Positions 7,411 to 9,016 of a stretch of DNA of 9,016 bases are shown here, piece by piece. Numbering within the stretch: position 1 is the stretch's first letter; each line of letters starts with the position of its first letter. This DNA comes from an uncultured archaeon. GTDB taxonomy: Archaea; Asgardarchaeota; Lokiarchaeia; Sigyniarchaeales; Promethearchaeaceae. The notes below the pieces were generated by a model. It had not been told where the DNA came from and did not search any database. It saw nothing but the letters and a program-made list of their open reading frames with translations. The translations under genes and the position numbers were made by a program. The stretch is taken from positions 1 through 9,016 of the forward strand of contig CAYRPF010000102.1 in the NCBI GenBank assembly GCA_964426185.1. Reading direction: 5' to 3'.

Positions 7411-8457
7411 ATGCCTGATAAAATCATGTTTAACCGAAGTGTTCGATCCCCTACTAAAACAAAAATGCCGCATAGAAAAAATGATGCCGCTCCAATGATA
7501 TTCTTTATTGATCAAATTGAAAACTCTAATTTTCCCACTCCTATTCTTCCCATGCCTATGCGAATCGATCGCGTTTTATCAAAATTACCAATTGTTTTTG
7601 TTTTTCCTAATGAACGGACGGTTCTCTCATTTCAAGGTAAACATTATACTTTCGATTATTCAAGATTATACTCTTACTTGATTACAAATCTACTCAAATA
7701 TACTGAACAAAAATATCGTACATTGTTTTACAAACAACTAACTTTTAATTTGGTTGAACACTGGTGGGAAGAATCAAAAAAACTCCAAAGTTCTATCCAT
7801 TCATTTAGCGAAGATTTGACTTACATTCTACAATCGTATTTGAAAGCATACATAGAATATTTATCAACAGAAAATAAGAATCCTAAGAAAACGATTATTC
7901 GCCATATTGATGATATTATTGCATTTTGTAATGAAAGAATCTCTAGCAATATCATCGAAGTAGATTACAAACATAACAAGAAAACAAAACATATTTATAA
8001 AAAGAAGGGTGGTTTTATTTATCCCGATATTATTGAAGCAGACATTAAAAATTCGGTTAAAGGAAAGGTCACTCAAAAGGCATTTGTTCCCATGTTATTA
8101 TACGATGATTTACTCGAATGCTATTTATTTAACAAAAAGCTGATTGATCCTGAAGGATATGAACAATTAGAAGATGTAAAAATTCCTGAATCGAACAAAA
8201 AAACTTTTGGCATTTTTTCCAAATTTAAAAGGAAGAAAAATGAAAAAAGTGATAAAAATGATGAAACCGAAAATGAAACTAAAGATATTCTGATAGATTC
8301 AAAAGAGAATTCTCAAATACCTAAAGAAGTTACATTTGAAAAAATAAGAGAATTAGGGATTATTATCGAAACGACTGATTGTGAGAGCAAGACGATTAAT
8401 CCAGAAAAGATCTTATCAGATATCGATATCACAAAAATATTTCAAGAAATAATATAA
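7411..8457 (+). CDS. Hypothetical soluble protein, no recognisable family
   Basis: 348-aa ORF, too long for chance in AT-rich DNA. Globular-looking core, no TM or signal peptide, and a charged low-complexity stretch near the C-terminus. Start uncertain (7411, 7426 or later). Confidence 0.85.
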   Translation: MPDKIMFNRSVRSPTKTKMPHRKNDAAPMIFFIDQIENSNFPTPILPMPMRIDRVLSKLPIVFVFPNERTVLSFQGKHYTFDYSRLYSYLITNLLKYTEQKYRTLFYKQLTFNLVEHWWEESKKLQSSIHSFSEDLTYILQSYLKAYIEYLSTENKNPKKTIIRHIDDIIAFCNERISSNIIEVDYKHNKKTKHIYKKKGGFIYPDIIEADIKNSVKGKVTQKAFVPMLLYDDLLECYLFNKKLIDPEGYEQLEDVKIPESNKKTFGIFSKFKRKKNEKSDKNDETENETKDILIDSKENSQIPKEVTFEKIRELGIIIETTDCESKTINPEKILSDIDITKIFQEII

Positions 8458-8479
8458 AATAATAAAACTAATTCACTGC

Positions 8480-8489
8480 AAAAAAAAAA
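8480..8489 (-). terminator. Oligo-T terminator for the convergent minus-strand gene
   Basis: A10 on plus = T10 on minus, 12 nt past the stop codon at 8502. Confidence 0.55.
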
Positions 8490-8501
8490 TCGAATCTGTT
8501 G

Positions 8502-9016
8502 TTACATATTTTCTAACTCATTAATCTGTTGTTCCAACCGTTTTTTTACTGAATCTAATCTTTTTGATTTTGAAGCAAAATCTTCATCAGATAGATCGCC
8601 GGTGATATTTTGCATTTCAAGATCCAGCATTGTTTTATTCACAGTTGCAATTTTAATTTTCAAATCAGTAATCAACTTACTCGGATCTGTCTCTCCTGAA
8701 AATTTTTCACTCTGTCCACCAGTTGCGCTTGTGGTTCTAATTTGGCTATCTTGAATTGGCGTGGGTGGAGGAATGGGCATTTTTATTTGATTCTCCGAAG
8801 ATTTCATCCCCGCCTCCGATGTTTTCACTGGAGGGGGCGTTTTTTCCCCCTTTTTAGATAATGCTTGTTTTAGTAATTGATCAAATTGATCTTCTTTTGG
8901 CAAGGAAGATTTCAAATTTATTGGCAGAGGTTGAGCGTTTGCAGAGGATGGAGCGGGAGGAGGTGTAACGGTAGATGGAGGAGCAGGGGGTGGTGTAACG
9001 GTAGATGGAGGAGCAG
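8502..9016 (-). CDS. Proline-rich protein with C-terminal helical hairpin/coiled coil, 5'-truncated by the window edge
   Basis: The frame stays open upstream of the ORF-track start (TTG 8915) to the window edge, adding APPSTVTPPPAPPSTVTPPPAPSSANAQPLPIN, so 170 aa are visible. It ends with LITDLKIKIATVNKTMLDLEMQNITGDLSDEDFASKSKRLDSVKKRLEQQINELENM. Confidence 0.9.
   Translation of the reverse strand, partial: APPSTVTPPPAPPSTVTPPPAPSSANAQPLPINLKSSLPKEDQFDQLLKQALSKKGEKTPPPVKTSEAGMKSSENQIKMPIPPPTPIQDSQIRTTSATGGQSEKFSGETDPSKLITDLKIKIATVNKTMLDLEMQNITGDLSDEDFASKSKRLDSVKKRLEQQINELENM
8947..9016. repeat. Intragenic 30-bp-period tandem repeat encoding (PPPAPPSTVT)n
   Basis: GGTGTAACGGTAGATGGAGGAGCAG occurs exactly at 8962-8986 and 8992-9016, with a degenerate partial copy at 8947-8961. 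It may continue past the window edge. Confidence 0.9.

Noticed and set aside
2846-8076. Short ORFs 2846-3085, 3149-3370, 3725-3961, 4551-4733, 5111-5344, 6744-6938 and 7864-8076
   Set aside because: All overlap long, well-supported genes in antisense or alternate frames and show no motifs.
8847-8894. EDQFDQLLKQALSKKG after polyproline as a WH2-like actin-binding motif
   Set aside because: An amphipathic helix is present, but the LKKT/V-type motif at the proper spacing is missing; too weak to call.
8913-8915. TTG start of the 137-aa ORF
   Set aside because: The frame is open upstream to the window edge with coherent Pro-rich coding, so the real start is outside the window.

Overview
AT-rich window, most likely archaeal. 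Evidence: a textbook BRE+TATA promoter, a GAGGTGA Shine-Dalgarno, oligo-T terminators, and a non-lipoprotein binding protein with several N-glycosylation sequons. The style resembles Asgard/Lokiarchaeia, but that assignment is inference. The main content is a complete Opp/Dpp-type (SBP family 5) peptide ABC importer in a split, divergent layout. The substrate-binding protein gene, missed by the ORF track, runs on the minus strand from 1388 off the left edge. After an 872-bp intergenic region, a plus-strand operon encodes an uncharacterised ~4-TM membrane protein, permeases OppB and OppC, and ATPases OppD and OppF. OppD carries a ~50-aa coiled-coil insertion, and both ATPases have C-terminal 4-Cys Fe-S motifs. 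Downstream are a 348-aa soluble hypothetical protein and the 3' end of a convergent gene encoding a proline-rich tandem-repeat protein that ends in a helical hairpin reminiscent of ESCRT steadiness-box/CdvA/SHOCT modules. Best leads: (i) the extra membrane gene heading the permease operon, a candidate sixth subunit; (ii) a strand-specific, G-U-stabilised hairpin at the predicted 5' end of the SBP mRNA; (iii) the Pro-rich/hairpin protein; (iv) an SD-led 10-codon uORF ahead of the operon.
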